From: Trichosphaerium sp. ATCC 40318
Taxonomy: Eukaryota; Protista; Tubulinea
Length of the DNA: 64,000 nucleotides
Assembly: GCA_038496445.1 (NCBI GenBank)
Contig: JALMLS010000322.1
Location: 992,001 to 1,056,000, forward strand
Reading direction: 5' to 3'
A program made the position numbers and the translations under genes. This document shows positions 37,501 to 51,351 of the stretch, in pieces. The notes beneath the pieces were generated by a model, which did no database searches, was not told where the DNA came from, and worked only from the letters and a program-made list of their open reading frames with translations. The first letter of the stretch is position 1; the number at the start of each line of letters is the position of its first letter.

Positions 37501-39834
37501 AATATTAGTTTCACCAGTTTTACGATCGTTTTCTCAAAATTTTCTTGCTTGACATTTTGACACGTCGTGTCAAATGTTTTTGATTTCGTTTATTAAATCC
37601 CTTGTAGAAATTACTTGCGCCACATAGATTTTTGGTTAGAGATAAAGTATTTCAAGCTGAATCAAACGGTGCAAGTGCAAAAGATGTTCATTTCTTTATT
37701 TTCAACGACTTGCTTGTTCGTAATGAAAACCCAAAGTACGTTTTGCTTTCTATCTCCAAAAGAGCAGTATTATGCGTGTAAAGTATGCGCTTTACAGATA
37801 AAAATTCTTGACGTCGGAGTATCCACAAAAAAATTACACTGAAAGATTCTTATTTTTTTTCGTAGAAAACGAAAATGGTATCCAGCAAAAAAGAAGAATT
37901 GGTGGCCACTTCAACTTTCTTGGGTTATTGAAGACCGTACGTCTTATTGCTGTTACGAGCGCCAGCTGCATTTTATTAATACTTTGTATTAGGTAAGCAA
38001 CCAACTGTACTTGAAATCATAGGACCAGATGGTAGATACCGTGTTCATTGTCCTAGCAGACCTGAAAGAGATGCTTTCGCTAATGATATGCGCGAATTTA
38101 TTGACGCAGGTTTCTCAACACCTGGTGCTGATTCTTCACGTCGGTATGGAAGGTATGAGTACTTGGACGGTAGTGTATACAAAGGATGGTTCATAAACGG
38201 CATGGTACGACTTTAATGATTTTTTTAGAACTGCTGCTGTTTTTGTTTGCTTACTATTTGTCATAGCGCTATGGTCATGGTGAATTACGCCTATTCTTTC
38301 AATCATACAAAGGAGAATGGAAGCGTAATGTCAGGCATGGTCAAGGAACAATGGTGTTTATAACAGGATCAAATTATGATGGTAGTTGGAAAGATGATAA
38401 AATGCGTATGCTCTTCTATACGTCTTTTACCGTATACTTATTCTTTCAAGATGGCGAGGGTACATTCTTGTCTGCAGATGGTAGTAGCTACAAGGGCAAT
38501 TGGCGATGCGGGAAAAAGCATGGAAGGGTACAATAAGTTCTTGTTCTCTTTTCTTTTGGTTTTTTCTTCAACATACTTTTTTTGTGCTTACCACTGTTCT
38601 AGGGTGTTTTAACGTATAGTAATGGCGATGTATTTGAGGGATACTTTGAAGATGATGTCATGGTCGGAGAAGGTTGTCTAACACAAGTACATGGCGTATC
38701 ATACAAGGGAGCGTTTAAGGATAGTTGCGTAAGTACTCAGTTAAGAAAAAAAACAGGTTTTAATCATTGTTCACTAGTTCCATGGCAACGGATGCTTAGT
38801 TATGGCTGATGGAACCAAATATCAGGGCATGTTTGATATGAATAAGAGGGAGGGTATGGGCGTTATAACCCTTCCAAATGGTGATACATACCGTGGTAAT
38901 TTCTTCAATAATATGGTACGTTTTTTCACTCGATTTTTTCTGTTGCTGTAGTTGTGTATTTATTCACAGATACCCTCTCGTTTTGTTTTTGTTGTTATGT
39001 CCACCTTTTCTGATTTTGTTATATTTAGTTCCATGGCGAGGGTGTTTTAAATCATAGATCAAAGAAAGCTATTTATAAAGGTCATTTCCATCTTGGTAAA
39101 AAATCAGTACGTGGTTTCTTTCACCTCACGTTTTTTTGCCTTTCGACTATTAAACAATTGTTAACAATGCTCAGGGTGAAGGCATAATGACGTATTCGGA
39201 TGGATCTAAATATGATGGTACATGGAGAGACAATAAGGTTAGTTGAAGAAAAACCATCATTTTTTTTTATGGGAATTTATTGTTGTTTTAGCGACATGGT
39301 CAAGGCTCCTTTATTTATAAGACCGGTGTCTTTGATAAGTATATTGGTCAATGGCTTAATAATTTCCGACATGGAGACGGTATACTACAATGGACTTCTG
39401 GTATGCGCTATGAAGGAACATTCAAAGAAGGAAAGGTACGAAAAAAACCAACTTTTTTTCCTCCTTGACTAAGTTTCCTTTTTTTAAAGCCTTCTGGTGT
39501 TGGTGTCATGAAATATCCTACAGGTGTTACTATAACATCAAAATGGATAGAAGGTAACCTTGTACAAGGTGGTAAAACAACACTTCGTGCACCACAAGGT
39601 CAAAAGGAAAAATCAGATGATAATGGTAAAACATCATTAAAGAATATTTTATTTGGTGCAGACAAAGGAGAAAAGTCAGCTGAAGTTGAAGGTGTTGTAG
39701 AGAATAGTATGTACTTGAACTGTGGTGATAGCCCTTATAACAAGCCACTCATGTATCAACTTGAGCCACCAACAATGGGATTCAGTATAACTTCTTTTCC
39801 ACCTGTTGATGAAGGTCCTCATCAAAGTTTTTAA
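34590..39834 (+). CDS. RhoGEF (DH-PH) with C-terminal MORN repeats and proline-rich N-terminus (alsin-like layout)
   Basis: [65 protein letters not shown] (DH); FLFNDLL (PH); more than 10 YxGxW/FxxxxxxGxG MORN repeats. Confidence 0.9.
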
Positions 39835-40335
39835 AGCCAAAAAAAAAAACCTTTCGGTTGCTCCAACCAACCAAAAAAAAATGTACATACCAAACTCACT
39901 GTTGTTAATAAAAGTCAATCAAACAGCATTCACCAGTACTTCGGTTGTTTCTTAGAAATGCAAAGTCAAGCCTCCCAAGAGACTGCGAGGATATCATGAA
40001 TGCGTTTGGGCTTACACTACTTCTGTGGGAAGTGTATCTCTTTCTACTGTTAACATCCGTTAGCTTTAATATATTGTCCACTTCTTTAGCAGTACAATGT
40101 AACTTCACTGTAAGCCTCAAAAGACATCATGCCCAATGTGATTGAAGTAACGAAATCTTGTAAGAACTCTGCCACCTCATCATTATGTTAACTATACACA
40201 ATTCTTTGTTGCTATGCCTGGAAGGTTTCGTCATTGTTGATGTGTTAAGGGTCCTTAAAATATAATTTTTCATGACCACGTGTTCAGGTCAATGGTAGTT
40301 TTATAACGACAGGCACTTCTCGTTTACATCACATT

Positions 40336-41130
40336 ATGGAAGATAATAACACATTGGACCTTATTTACCTGCCTGTGGAGATAATCGTTCATATCCTGAA
40401 ACAAGGCTATTTTACGCTCCGTTCAGCACAAACATGCCGTTTATTACGAGATATCGTTCACAACCATGTTGGATACGGAGTAATAAAGGTTAAAAGTGAT
40501 AGGGAAATATCTCTTCTTTCTGGAAGCCCATTACTTCAAAATACCTCTATTTCAACTCGCTTGATTTCAGAAGATGTTGGTGATAAGCACTTGTACTTGT
40601 TGAAGGGCGTACATACTATTAACTTATCACGTTGCCATGAAATAACAGATGAGGGCATCGAGGCATTAGCTGGTGTTCATACCATTGATTTATCCTGTAC
40701 AGGTGTTACAGATAAAAGTTTGAAGGCATTACATGGTGTTCATACAATTGATTTATCCTGTACAGGTGTTACAGATAAAAGTTTGAAGGCATTACATGGT
40801 GTTCATACAATTGATTTATCCTGTACAGGTGTTACAGATAAAGGTTTGAAGGCGTTACGTGGTGTTCATACTATTACCTTGAAATTTTGTTTCACCATAA
40901 CAGATGAAGGTGTAAAGGCATTGGCTGGTGTTCATGAGATTGATTTAGAAAGTAGTCCAATTACAAATGAATGTTTGAAGTACTTAGTTGGTGTTCATAC
41001 TATTAGATTATATGGTACACATGCAACTAAAGAGGGTGCCAAGGTATTGATTGGTGTACATAAAGTTAAATGGGATAGTAATTTATTTCGACAAATACCA
41101 GAAAGGAGAAGTAATGTGCGTAGAATATAG
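40336..41130 (+). CDS. Intronless F-box/LRR protein
   Basis: LIYLPVEIIVHIL...AQTCRLLRDIV, then GVHTIDLS repeats. Confidence 0.9.
   Translation: MEDNNTLDLIYLPVEIIVHILKQGYFTLRSAQTCRLLRDIVHNHVGYGVIKVKSDREISLLSGSPLLQNTSISTRLISEDVGDKHLYLLKGVHTINLSRCHEITDEGIEALAGVHTIDLSCTGVTDKSLKALHGVHTIDLSCTGVTDKSLKALHGVHTIDLSCTGVTDKGLKALRGVHTITLKFCFTITDEGVKALAGVHEIDLESSPITNECLKYLVGVHTIRLYGTHATKEGAKVLIGVHKVKWDSNLFRQIPERRSNVRRI
40672..40860 (+). repeat. Three near-exact 63 bp tandem units (one LRR each)
   Basis: GVHTIDLSCTGVTDKSLKALH x3 with very few nucleotide differences. Confidence 0.9.
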
Positions 41131-41843
41131 GGAGTTTACTAGAGGTTACCATTTTATGGTGAGTACATCTTTGCTTTTTATGAAGCCAAAAATAAGATCA
41201 ATGGCAGGAGGTGAAAAACGACACGTATGGAGGTTTAGTGATTGTTTGGTAAAGGCTTAAAATATCGACTTAGCCAAATGAAACAAAACAAAGTCAGTAA
41301 AATGGCTCATGCAACAGTGGCTGTCACGTGTTTTACTCCGTTACAGACGTTTGGGTAAACTTCAGTTGATTTCGTATAAATCAACAACAACAACAACCAA
41401 CAAAGCTTAAACAACATGGCGAGCAGCAATCACCCACATCCCACCTAATTTCCTTTTGAATTTGTTTTTAATAAACTGTAAAAACCTTTCTTTTATTTTC
41501 CAAGTGTTCTTGTTTAATATAACAAATGCTTGGCGCTGCGCTAGAGCCACAAGACAGTTTGTCTTCCTTCCAACATCGTCTTAGTTAGTGTTCCTTGGTT
41601 AGTTGATAGAAGAAAGTCAACTGAGAGTGTTAGAAACTCTAACACATTTTTTAATTTATAGAATTCTCAATGTTTTCTCGAATAACATGTTGAGCTAACT
41701 CTTGATATGAAAAGAAGCTGCCAAATGCAGTACAAACCCACGTGTGTATACTAATCTTGATAGACTTGACCATTAGCCTAACGGTATTTTATTGAAAGCC
41801 ACAGACTACTAACTTTTTTTTTTGAAAAAAATGCGAGTGTGAG

Positions 41844-42956
41844 CTATAAACTAAAAGGAAGCTCTGTGAGGTCTGTCGCAAAAATTTCAATTAATGAAGG
41901 ACAACGATATTTGATTTCACTCTTATGATCTGCATTAAGCAGTTTACTCCTTATTTTGGCTTTATCTGGTGACCTACTATCATGTCAACCTTCCTAGAAT
42001 TCATTGTTGTTTTGTTTTATATGTACCAAAAGACCATCATTACTTTGCTATCACTGGCACCAAATTTGACACGCTTAAAGTTTTGATTCCAATCTTCTTT
42101 GTATACTCTTGCATATACACATAAAGCTTCATCCTTGGGAAATATATGAGAAAGAAATAAGAAAAAACAAAGAACTGAGTACATCTGGGAAAATACTCTG
42201 CAATGCACTTGATTTGTCAAGCTTTTGATTCCCTTTACAATAAACATGTGTTACAGTATCTTTTTTTCTAGTAGTTTTCAGCGACATCCAGGTACAACTT
42301 CCATGCAGTAGTCGATAGTACGTGATCATAACTTCAGCTGAAAAAGATGGATTCCTAAAGTCATACCAGAGTTTCTTAAGATTAGATGATGCTATAATCC
42401 TTTCTTCTTCTACAGATGGGTTGTTTAATTGATTTGTATAGAACTCCTTTAGATTTGGAAACAATTTCAAGACTCGCGAGTGAATACCATCACACAGAGC
42501 ACCTACAAGATAAAATGTCAATATTTTTAATGCCACAATACTGAGAATGTGTCCACCACCCTTGCTAGGCAAGGGGTGTGTATCTCCTCTGCATGCTTAT
42601 AGCATTGTTTGGTGACACCCTTGTCAGCTATACACAGTCACTTGATTACAGAGAAATCGTACCAAATCGGAGTTTTTTGATTTTGGTGTATTTTTTTGCT
42701 TTGGCGAGATCTATCACCATGTTAAATGATATTAAACACCTTTAATGTACTAAACGTACCTGTTGACCTTGTTAAAGTCAAATAGCGTACACATAGGACC
42801 GAAATACTGTTCCATTGCTTACAAACAGTTCTAGTAACTCTTGTTAGCCTTGCGTTAGTTTTATTATGCGTATTACCCGACATTAAATAACGTTTTATCA
42901 GCCATACCAGAGAATAAGTAAAAAAACAACTCTACAGGGAGCTCTGATATTTCCAT
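41844..42956 (-). CDS. Intron-containing F-box protein with unrecognised C-terminal region
   Basis: MEISELPVELFFYLFSGM...RTVCKQWNSIS; spliced to the 42129-42572 ORF. Confidence 0.7.
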
Positions 42957-43777
42957 GAGTGCTGTAAGTTAAGTATGACGTTGAAGGGCAGATTAAATAC
43001 GTGTAAGAGACGTGGCCTTAGTTGTAAGATAATAGTATCATTTATCATGTGCGTTTAGTACAACACATTCAGAGAATACATTTAGTAGCATGAATTTCGT
43101 CAAAGTTCAAAATAGGTTCGAGTAAATACTAGAAAGAAAGTGTAACTGAATATGGTGACTTTGCACTTGCAAAGTAGTTAGTTTTACAGTTTACTAGATC
43201 ACACTGCTGTAATGTTCTAACATCCTCACTGACTAACTGTGACCCTAAATGTCAACAAAGCAATTCGGTTCAAAACCCACCTGACACCACTCTCTAAACT
43301 TGGTTGGTAAGGACATTGTGGACATGGCGATATTATTCAGGCCGCTGTCAAGCCAGACGGATACTGGCAACCCCTCATCAAACCCACAGGATGGAGTCCA
43401 ACAACCCAACACCCTACACCTATCAACTTTCAAAAAAACAACCATTGTAGCACCCACAAGCCCGCTTGTATCAATCGTTTAACGGCGAAGGGATCAGTCC
43501 AGTTCGTTCAAACGCCTGAAATGTCTCACGTGTTTTCAAAACTCTTCCTGTGGACAACGCGGTATTTTATACCATATGAAGTGCATTATTTTAAAATATC
43601 TGGATATTTCGCAAAACCTAATTCACAGATATCTAAACATCTCGATACAGGCTTTTTAGTACTATCTCATTTCAACGATAAGCATCTAATTATGTTAAAA
43701 CACAGATTAACAGCCAAAAATCAAAGGCATGTTTAAATTAGCGTCTAAGCCTTTCTAACTACCAATAAAACAGCATT

Positions 43778-44296
43778 TTGGATCTTCCAACAGAGATTTT
43801 AGCGCATATTTTACGTCAAACAAGAACCAAATCGCGATTTGCAGCTTGTCGAACATGTCATCAATTTGCCTCTATTGTTCACGACATTATTGGATACTAT
43901 GAGGTTTGCATTTTCAATATGTCAGAAGCTACAGCAGTTTTAAGACATTCAAGTACTCTCAGACAAACCAAAATCTTTCTTTGTGGTGAATCCATTTCTG
44001 ATGCTATTCTCACAGCATTTGCTGGAGTGTATGATATTGAGGTTAGGTATACAAACATAACAGACAAAGGATTAGCAACACTTGCTGGAGTACATAAGAT
44101 TGCTCTTGAAGGATGTAAATTCATTACAGATGAAGGGATAAAAGCTCTTTCTAGTGTTCATACCATTTCATCTTGCTAATACACATGTAACAGATGAAGG
44201 GTTAAAAGCGCTTTCTGGTGTTCATACCATTTATCTTGTAAGGATATAGCAGATGAAGGGATAAAGGTTCTAACTCAATATAAAATTGTGCAATAA
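43778..44296 (+). pseudogene. F-box/LRR pseudogene
   Basis: LDLPTEILAHIL F-box without an in-frame ATG; frameshift near 44168 after which LRR units (THVTDEGLKALSGVHTI) continue in another frame. Confidence 0.75.
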
Positions 44297-44632
44297 AATA
44301 CCACTTATCAGCCAGAACAATCATAAAATTGTTAACAAATAAATGGTTAAGTTAAGTTCACTTTCACACAAGCAGACAATAGGTGTGTAAGAAACAGGTG
44401 AATGCTATGAAGTTCACTCACAACTTGTTTTGTACTGATTCAATTATGACGATGGCTAAGTTGGTACTTCTTTGTCAGCCACCAGACTCCATCCAAACTA
44501 TCATACACTTTAAAAAATATGAATTGGTTACCAACATTTTCACCATAGCTATGGTCGCAAAGGCTATAACTCTCTACTATTCTAACTATGTAAGTTTTCT
44601 TTGTTTAGTTTGTTTCATATAAGGTTTTATTA

Positions 44633-47600
44633 TTATGTAAATACATTACCAGCCAAGAGAGCAATATCCAAGTCTCCAGCTTGTGGGTTTAAAATATCTT
44701 GTGTAAAGTAATTAAGTGGGTAAGGAATCAAGTGTCCTTTTATGCCATCAAGAAGCTTTATCTTATCCAATGCTGTAACTGGTTGAAGTTTATCCATCTC
44801 ATATATAGATTGCATCATCTTAGCAACTTGACTTCGTGATTGATGAGGAACAACAGGAAAGATTTGTCTAAAAATACATGTTAAAAAAAACTCAAGACTT
44901 GAACAACAAAGAGATGTCTTAAGTGGTCCAGCAGTTTTTTGACGTACGAGAAAATGTCATTGTTGTTTTCAGCAGTACCATCCCATAGGTTAAATGTTTT
45001 TGATGTGAGTGGGTCCTTAACAGACATGTCGTCCTACGAAAGTCATGAGAAGAAGAAAAAATTGGAGAAAAAAAGTATGTACACATTCAAGACCCAAGTG
45101 TTCCTGCCATAGACTTATACGGAACTCATGAACCCTTTTACCTACTTTGAAGGGTTTACCGTTCATAGTAGAGTCAATCATTTCAGTATCAGTTGATACA
45201 ATAGCAATCTCTGAATCACGTCTTCCAAACATTGACCTAACACAATTGTTAAAAAATTTTATACTAGCGCTTTTTTTTAGGGTTGAGCTCTAACCTATCA
45301 TTGATATTTGCAGATCCAATGACAATATGAGTATCATCAACTATAAATAACATAGGATTAGAACAAGAAAACCAAGTATGAGAATAAGACAGGGAAGAAA
45401 AGGTCAAGCCAAAAAAAAAACAAAACCGAGTTACTTACCAATCATCATTTTGGAGTGTATATAAATTTGCTCCGTTACAGGCCTTGTTCTTCCTGTTTCT
45501 TGTTCAGTTGTTGATGAAGCAATACGAGGTAAGAATCCATAGCATCTCAATGAATAAAAATTGACATAAGTGCCTATATCAACACGTGGAAACTCTCGTT
45601 TTAAAGTGGCAAAAATAGACTTTCTGCTGTATGCTATAGTATCATATTGCCATTTCATAATATAACGTGTAGCCGCTTCCTCTATAATAAATAGCATTAG
45701 CACCATATAAAACTATAATTCAAAAAGACTACCATAAGGACAACGTGAAGAAAAAGTACAAACTGAAACAAAGAGTTTTTTTATGATTTGTCAAAATCAA
45801 ACTGTTGTAAAGCGCAACAGTTGCTGTATTTAGAAAAGAAAATATTACCTTTATAGTTATCGTCTGGATGAATAGGTAACATGATAACAACTCTATAATC
45901 TGCCCTGTCCCGAATAGCTCTGCGCAATCTATTTTTTTCGTCAGAACTTAATTTTTTTGCACTGTTTTTTTTGCTAATCATTGATATCTACTACATCGTA
46001 CCTGTTAAGAAGGGTTTCAGCAATCTTGTTAAATATAAGGTCTCCCTTTTCATTAGCCAAGGAAGAGATGAAGAATTGATTCTCTACAAGCAGTGAGTAC
46101 AAGAAGAAACCAAAAAAATTAAAGAAAGAAGAGAGATTCGGTGTCTCTTTTCTTTACACTGTAACACCTACCAATATAAATAAAATGCTTGCTCTGCTCT
46201 ATAAGCTTCAAATAAGCATTATAAATAGACCGTTCCATAAAATCTTTTTTACATCCAACATGCCACTGTCCAACACTTCGAACAACCTTAAAAAACCTCT
46301 TAGTTTAAAAAAACCTAGCAACTCAAAATCATACTTGGCAGTCAACTGTACCGCGCCACAAAGGTGCGACCGCACGTGTTTTGGGTACTATATATGGATA
46401 TCTCGTTTGTAAATCTTCTCGGTGATGGTTCCACCGTTGTATAAAATTGTAGCTACAAAGTCAAGGAAGAACTTCCACTATTCGCCAAAAGAAAAAAAAA
46501 TGAGAAAAAAGGATACGCAACATCACGAGCAACTGAGCCCTCCACACGCATATGTATATCATGCCATGGCATGCGAGGAACTCTTCTTCTATCTACAATA
46601 TCTAAAGAATACATAAGAGACAACATAGACAGTAGCAAAAGGTAAAAAAAAAAAGTACCAATGTCTGGTTTATGCAGTTGATCGAAAGGCGCAAAAGTAG
46701 GGTTGTAGAAATCTTTGCCAGGGAACACAAATCCGTTTGTATCGATACAATCATGATCGTGATCTATTCAAATAGAAATTTATTAGCTAGATACGTCAAA
46801 GATTAAAAGTAACAGCACCATCCCAGCGTCCAAAACATAAATCAAGACCACCAACAAACTAAACAATTTTTAGGTTTAAGTTAAAATGGCTTTCAACTTT
46901 CTCTGCACGCACAGCAACATCTTGATCGACTATTACTAGCTTCTGGTGATGAGACCATTTTAAAGGCTAAGTAAATATTAGAACCATTGTTATTGGTGAT
47001 TGCTTGTGGTGGTAAACAAAAAAAACCGTACAGCAAACATTGGATGACATTGAACTAATATGTTTGGATGTAACTTTTCCATAACTTCTTTTACACGTGC
47101 AGAAGCAAGATTCATTGCTACTTTTGTTTCATTCCAAGGTAATATATAAATTTTAACTCCCTCCTAGAAAATGTATGAGTAAACAAGCAGGAAACCAATG
47201 CGATTAAATAAAGAAAAAAAAACAGAAAAAAATGAGATTAATCTCATAAAAACAGACGCACCTCTGCTTTCTTCTTTAAAATATTATCTAAACGATGCTC
47301 TGGTTTTAATTTTCCATTCCTAATCAAGTATACTTCTGGACTGAAAAACCAATCTGCAATAAATATCTGTAACAGCAAGTATTAGAATATCACAAAAAAT
47401 AAAACCGTTTTTGTTGTTGTCACAACATACCTCCTCTTTGGCGTTTATCATTGCTTTATGCATGGCGGCATATGTATCTTTTCCATCAGCATAATAATTA
47501 GCAACACATCTAACACGTTCACGTGCAAAAGACTCAAAGCGATTCGACTCTAAAAATCAGTTAAGTCTAATCCAAAAAAAAAAAAACTAAATAGTACTTT

Positions 47601-50600
47601 GTATATTGTATCGAAGGATCTTCACCCAAGCCTCCAAATCTTCTTTAGAATCTGCTACAAATCTCTTTGCAGATAGATGCGGTATTTGTAATGTGAATTG
47701 AAGTTTTTTCCTTCCTTTACCAGTAACAAGAGTGGCATACGCCAAAGATATAACACGCTCTGGTTTTTTATACTTGAAAAAAAAAAAAAGTCAGCTTTCG
47801 CTCACAGTTGTTACCCAAGCTTTCTCAAATTATGAATCAACATCACTACGTACATTTTTTAAGTCTCTATAGTAATAAAAAAATCCATTACTCACAACAG
47901 CCCTACACAATACGTAAAAATTACAACATTAAATAGACACATGCAATTTCGAAGAAAAAACGTTTTGTTCCGTACCATCTATATTCTACTCTTTTGTTTA
48001 CTTGCTTCCGCAAGAAGCCTTCTTTACTTGGTAACCAAAATAAAGCTTTCTGCTCAAAACGTCTTAACTACAAAGACAAAAAAATTAGAAAAAATGTCAA
48101 CTTAAGTTCGCAGTACCTTAGTTGGATTGACTCTTTCCACCGTGAGTTTCTGTATAACTGGGAACAAGCAAAAACACTTACATAGCATATCTGATGTCTT
48201 ACCAAGCTTAAGAAATACCTCCAATGTAAATGGCTTATCCTTCAAGTGTCCAAACATTGTATCAAGTTCAGATTTTATAAAAGACTTTTTGTAATCTACT
48301 TTGCCTTGTAACTTTCCAACATTCTCATGAATGATTTCAGCATTCTTGAAAAGAGTTGACTGTGATAATCCTTTTGAATTCTTAAATGCTTCATATATTA
48401 GTTCAAGTCTATCTCTAGATGTGCCATAACATAGATGAGATAGATTAGTTATGAAGCCAACAAAGTCGATATTTTCTTTTGAGATTGGGCTGACTCTGAA
48501 TATATTAAATATTATACGGATCATTTGTTTACTGAAGAATGCCGGGAATAGGTTCCTTTTTTTGAAAGAATTAGGATATGGTATAGTAACTAGTACGTAC
48601 TTGATTTGCTCACAAGTACGTTGATGAGGTTTATCACCTTTACAAGAAAAGTTTCGATAAAGATAAAACAACTGTTCAAAAACAGGCTTCTTAACTATAA
48701 AAAAAAAGTTAATACAGAATCACTTGTCAACGCTTCACTTGGCCAAAAAACACGCTGTGATTTTCTAGTTTTACGTACAAGCAACATAGTTTTTGTATTT
48801 TCTATAAAAGACATCACCATAACCTTCCTCAGGCCTCTTGATATTATTCACTTTAAATAGATGTTAACACAAAAAGACGAGGTTGTCTAGTTTAGCTCGT
48901 ACATGAGGAGTGTCCGCTTCCTATCTGCTGTCTAGCTATACTACGAAAACCTGAAGAAATCTTTGCATTTAACCACTGAGAAGCTGCAGAGGCTTTCTGT
49001 CCATATAGGGCAGCGACAGAAGTCTGAAAATTTTTAACCAGCAAGAATCGTTCATTGTCATCCTTGGTCAACACATTCTCACGTGTTTGAGTATTTTTAG
49101 CGCCTATATCATCTATATCCTTCTTCGAGAATATCTACAGGTTGTTAGCTCAAGAACGTAAGAAGTATATCGTTTATTCGCAGACAACATACCATACGAG
49201 TTAGTTTACCAGGTTTTGAAGTAATATTAAGTTGATAGGCAATAAGAGGATCTATACCGGCTAGTTGAAGTGCAACGCTCTCATCAAATGCTGATTGTGA
49301 GCGATTACGGCTTGACACTGTATAACACAGTTAAAAGAATTAAGCAACACTGTAAATAAAGTACCTCGAGAATAAGAAGAGCGCCTAGTCCTCCGAGGAC
49401 TACCAGTAGCGATGCTTGCTGACCTTGTTTCAGAAACAACTTCAGAATCATCTTCTGAGTCAGAACCTGATTCTGATGACTCGGAATCCGAAGAGGAAGA
49501 AGAAAAGTCATCATCAGATTCGTCACTTAGTGTTGCAGGTGATGATGCATTTAGGGATGGGTTAAAGTCTCTTGTTAACTTTTTTTTTAGTTTTTTCTTT
49601 CGGACTGTAGCAATTGACGCAGATCTCGCCAACATGTTCTCACGAGGAGCAGTGGGTATAACCTGTTTCGGTTTACGTGGTGTCTTATCTCGTTTTTTCT
49701 TTTTAGTAACTCTTAGAGGTACTGGTGGTAACACCTGTAAGAGTAAAGTCAACAATAATGTTAAAATCCGGAGAAAATGTTGTGTAGTTTTTCCGTACAT
49801 TGTGCAACCGCCACAACGGTTTCGCAAGTTCTGAGTCGCTTACAGAATGCAGAATGTATCTTGGCTGAATGTTTAACGTTCTAGACAACGCAACAGAGCA
49901 AAGATCTTTGCATGCTAATAATAAAAACGTTCAGTGAAAAATATTAGTCGTGTAATTAATTGGCCCTTTGCCGGTTAAATTAATTCGCACCTAGATCATC
50001 TGGAAGACGCTCGAAACTCTTAATCATAGTTTCTCCCTTACTAGTAGAATTTGTGCTACCACTTGCAGAGCTATCCGTCCTCGAGTATTGTAAGAATCCC
50101 TTTGGCAATCCAATGTCAATAAAACTAAACGTTCAAAAACAAAAAACAGACCTGGGGACCACTGGCTCCTTCAGATTCTTCTTTTGTATCCATATACGCC
50201 AAGAAACCTGCAAAATAATGAGGTAAGAACATTGTTAGTGACATACCATGTGCAGCAGCTTGTGACTCAGTTTGCTTTGCTGTCGAAGACACCCTTGCTA
50301 TTGCAGGAGGCAGTGAATCATTATCGACATAAGACAAAAATCCTGTACGGAGTGAGTTTGTAAATAACTTAATTCATCATCAAGTACCGTGAGCTGATGC
50401 TTGAGATTCTGTTTGAGACGATTTAGAAACACGTCTAACTAAAGGTGGAGTAGAATCTTGTGAAACATACGACAAGAATCCTTTTTTTGTTTCAAAGAAA
50501 TATTAGTTACTGGTGGTAACACATGTTAGTAAATCATACCTTGAGCATGTGAATTAGATGGTCTATCGGTATTAAACCTACCATGCTTTTTTATTTTCCG

Positions 50601-51351
50601 TATAGGTTCAGGTGACGTCTAAAAAAAAATTAAACAAACAAAGGGGAAAAATTTGTTTCAAAAAAACTTACAGCGTCGTCCATGTACTGCATAAACCCAA
50701 CTGCTAAAGTCTGTGATTCAGTTGCTTTACGTTCATGTAAACCCATAGGAACCGATTGAGACTGTGTAAGGGGAGGAAGAGATTCCTTATAAACCTCCAT
50801 CAGCTCAAGAAAGAAAAAACAAAACGAACCGGTTTTATCGTTTTCTTCTTTGAATGCTTTTTCTTTTCCTCACCACGTGCACTTTTTTTTTCCTTGCTAG
50901 TACCTCTAGGTGACTTCTTACCAATTGATGAAGCATTTGTCAAAATACTCTGAGCAACAAGTGCACTTGCACCGAGAACAACAGGAGCTTGTTGTTTTGG
51001 TCTCTTGTGATGTTCGTGTTTTCCGTTATCTTGAAGAGACGAAAGGCTTTTTGCATGTGAATGCTTTTTAACGCGTTCTTTCTTTGTTTGTGTCGATTCT
51101 GATGTTGCTGTGGCTTGATTTCTTTCAGTTTTTGGTCTATTACGCGTTTCATGCTTTTTTGAGCCCTTGGAGCGTTCTGTAACCTAATTAGTAGTTAATG
51201 ACGTTTTTTGAGGTTTTACTATCGGGACACGTATAGCACGTACACTACCCTTGTGTGAGGAACGACGTTTAGGCTTTTTAGAACGTTTTGATCGTGAACT
51301 ACTCGCTTCCTCCACATCAACCTCTGGGACTTTACCTTTCTTCTCGCTCAT
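44633..51351 (-). CDS. Phospholipase D (two HKD motifs) with PH domain, EF-hand-like region and long low-complexity N-terminus
   Basis: WSHHQKLVIVDQ, FVGGLDLCFGRWD, RMPWHDIH, ENQFFISS, EQIYIHSKMMIVDD, IGSANINDRS, RDSEIA, FRISLWQEHLG; ends AGNVFT*. ATG at 51351 inferred. Confidence 0.9.

Noticed and set aside
49412-49834. Plus-strand Ser/Glu-rich ORF
   Set aside because: Antisense shadow of a low-complexity exon of the phospholipase D gene.
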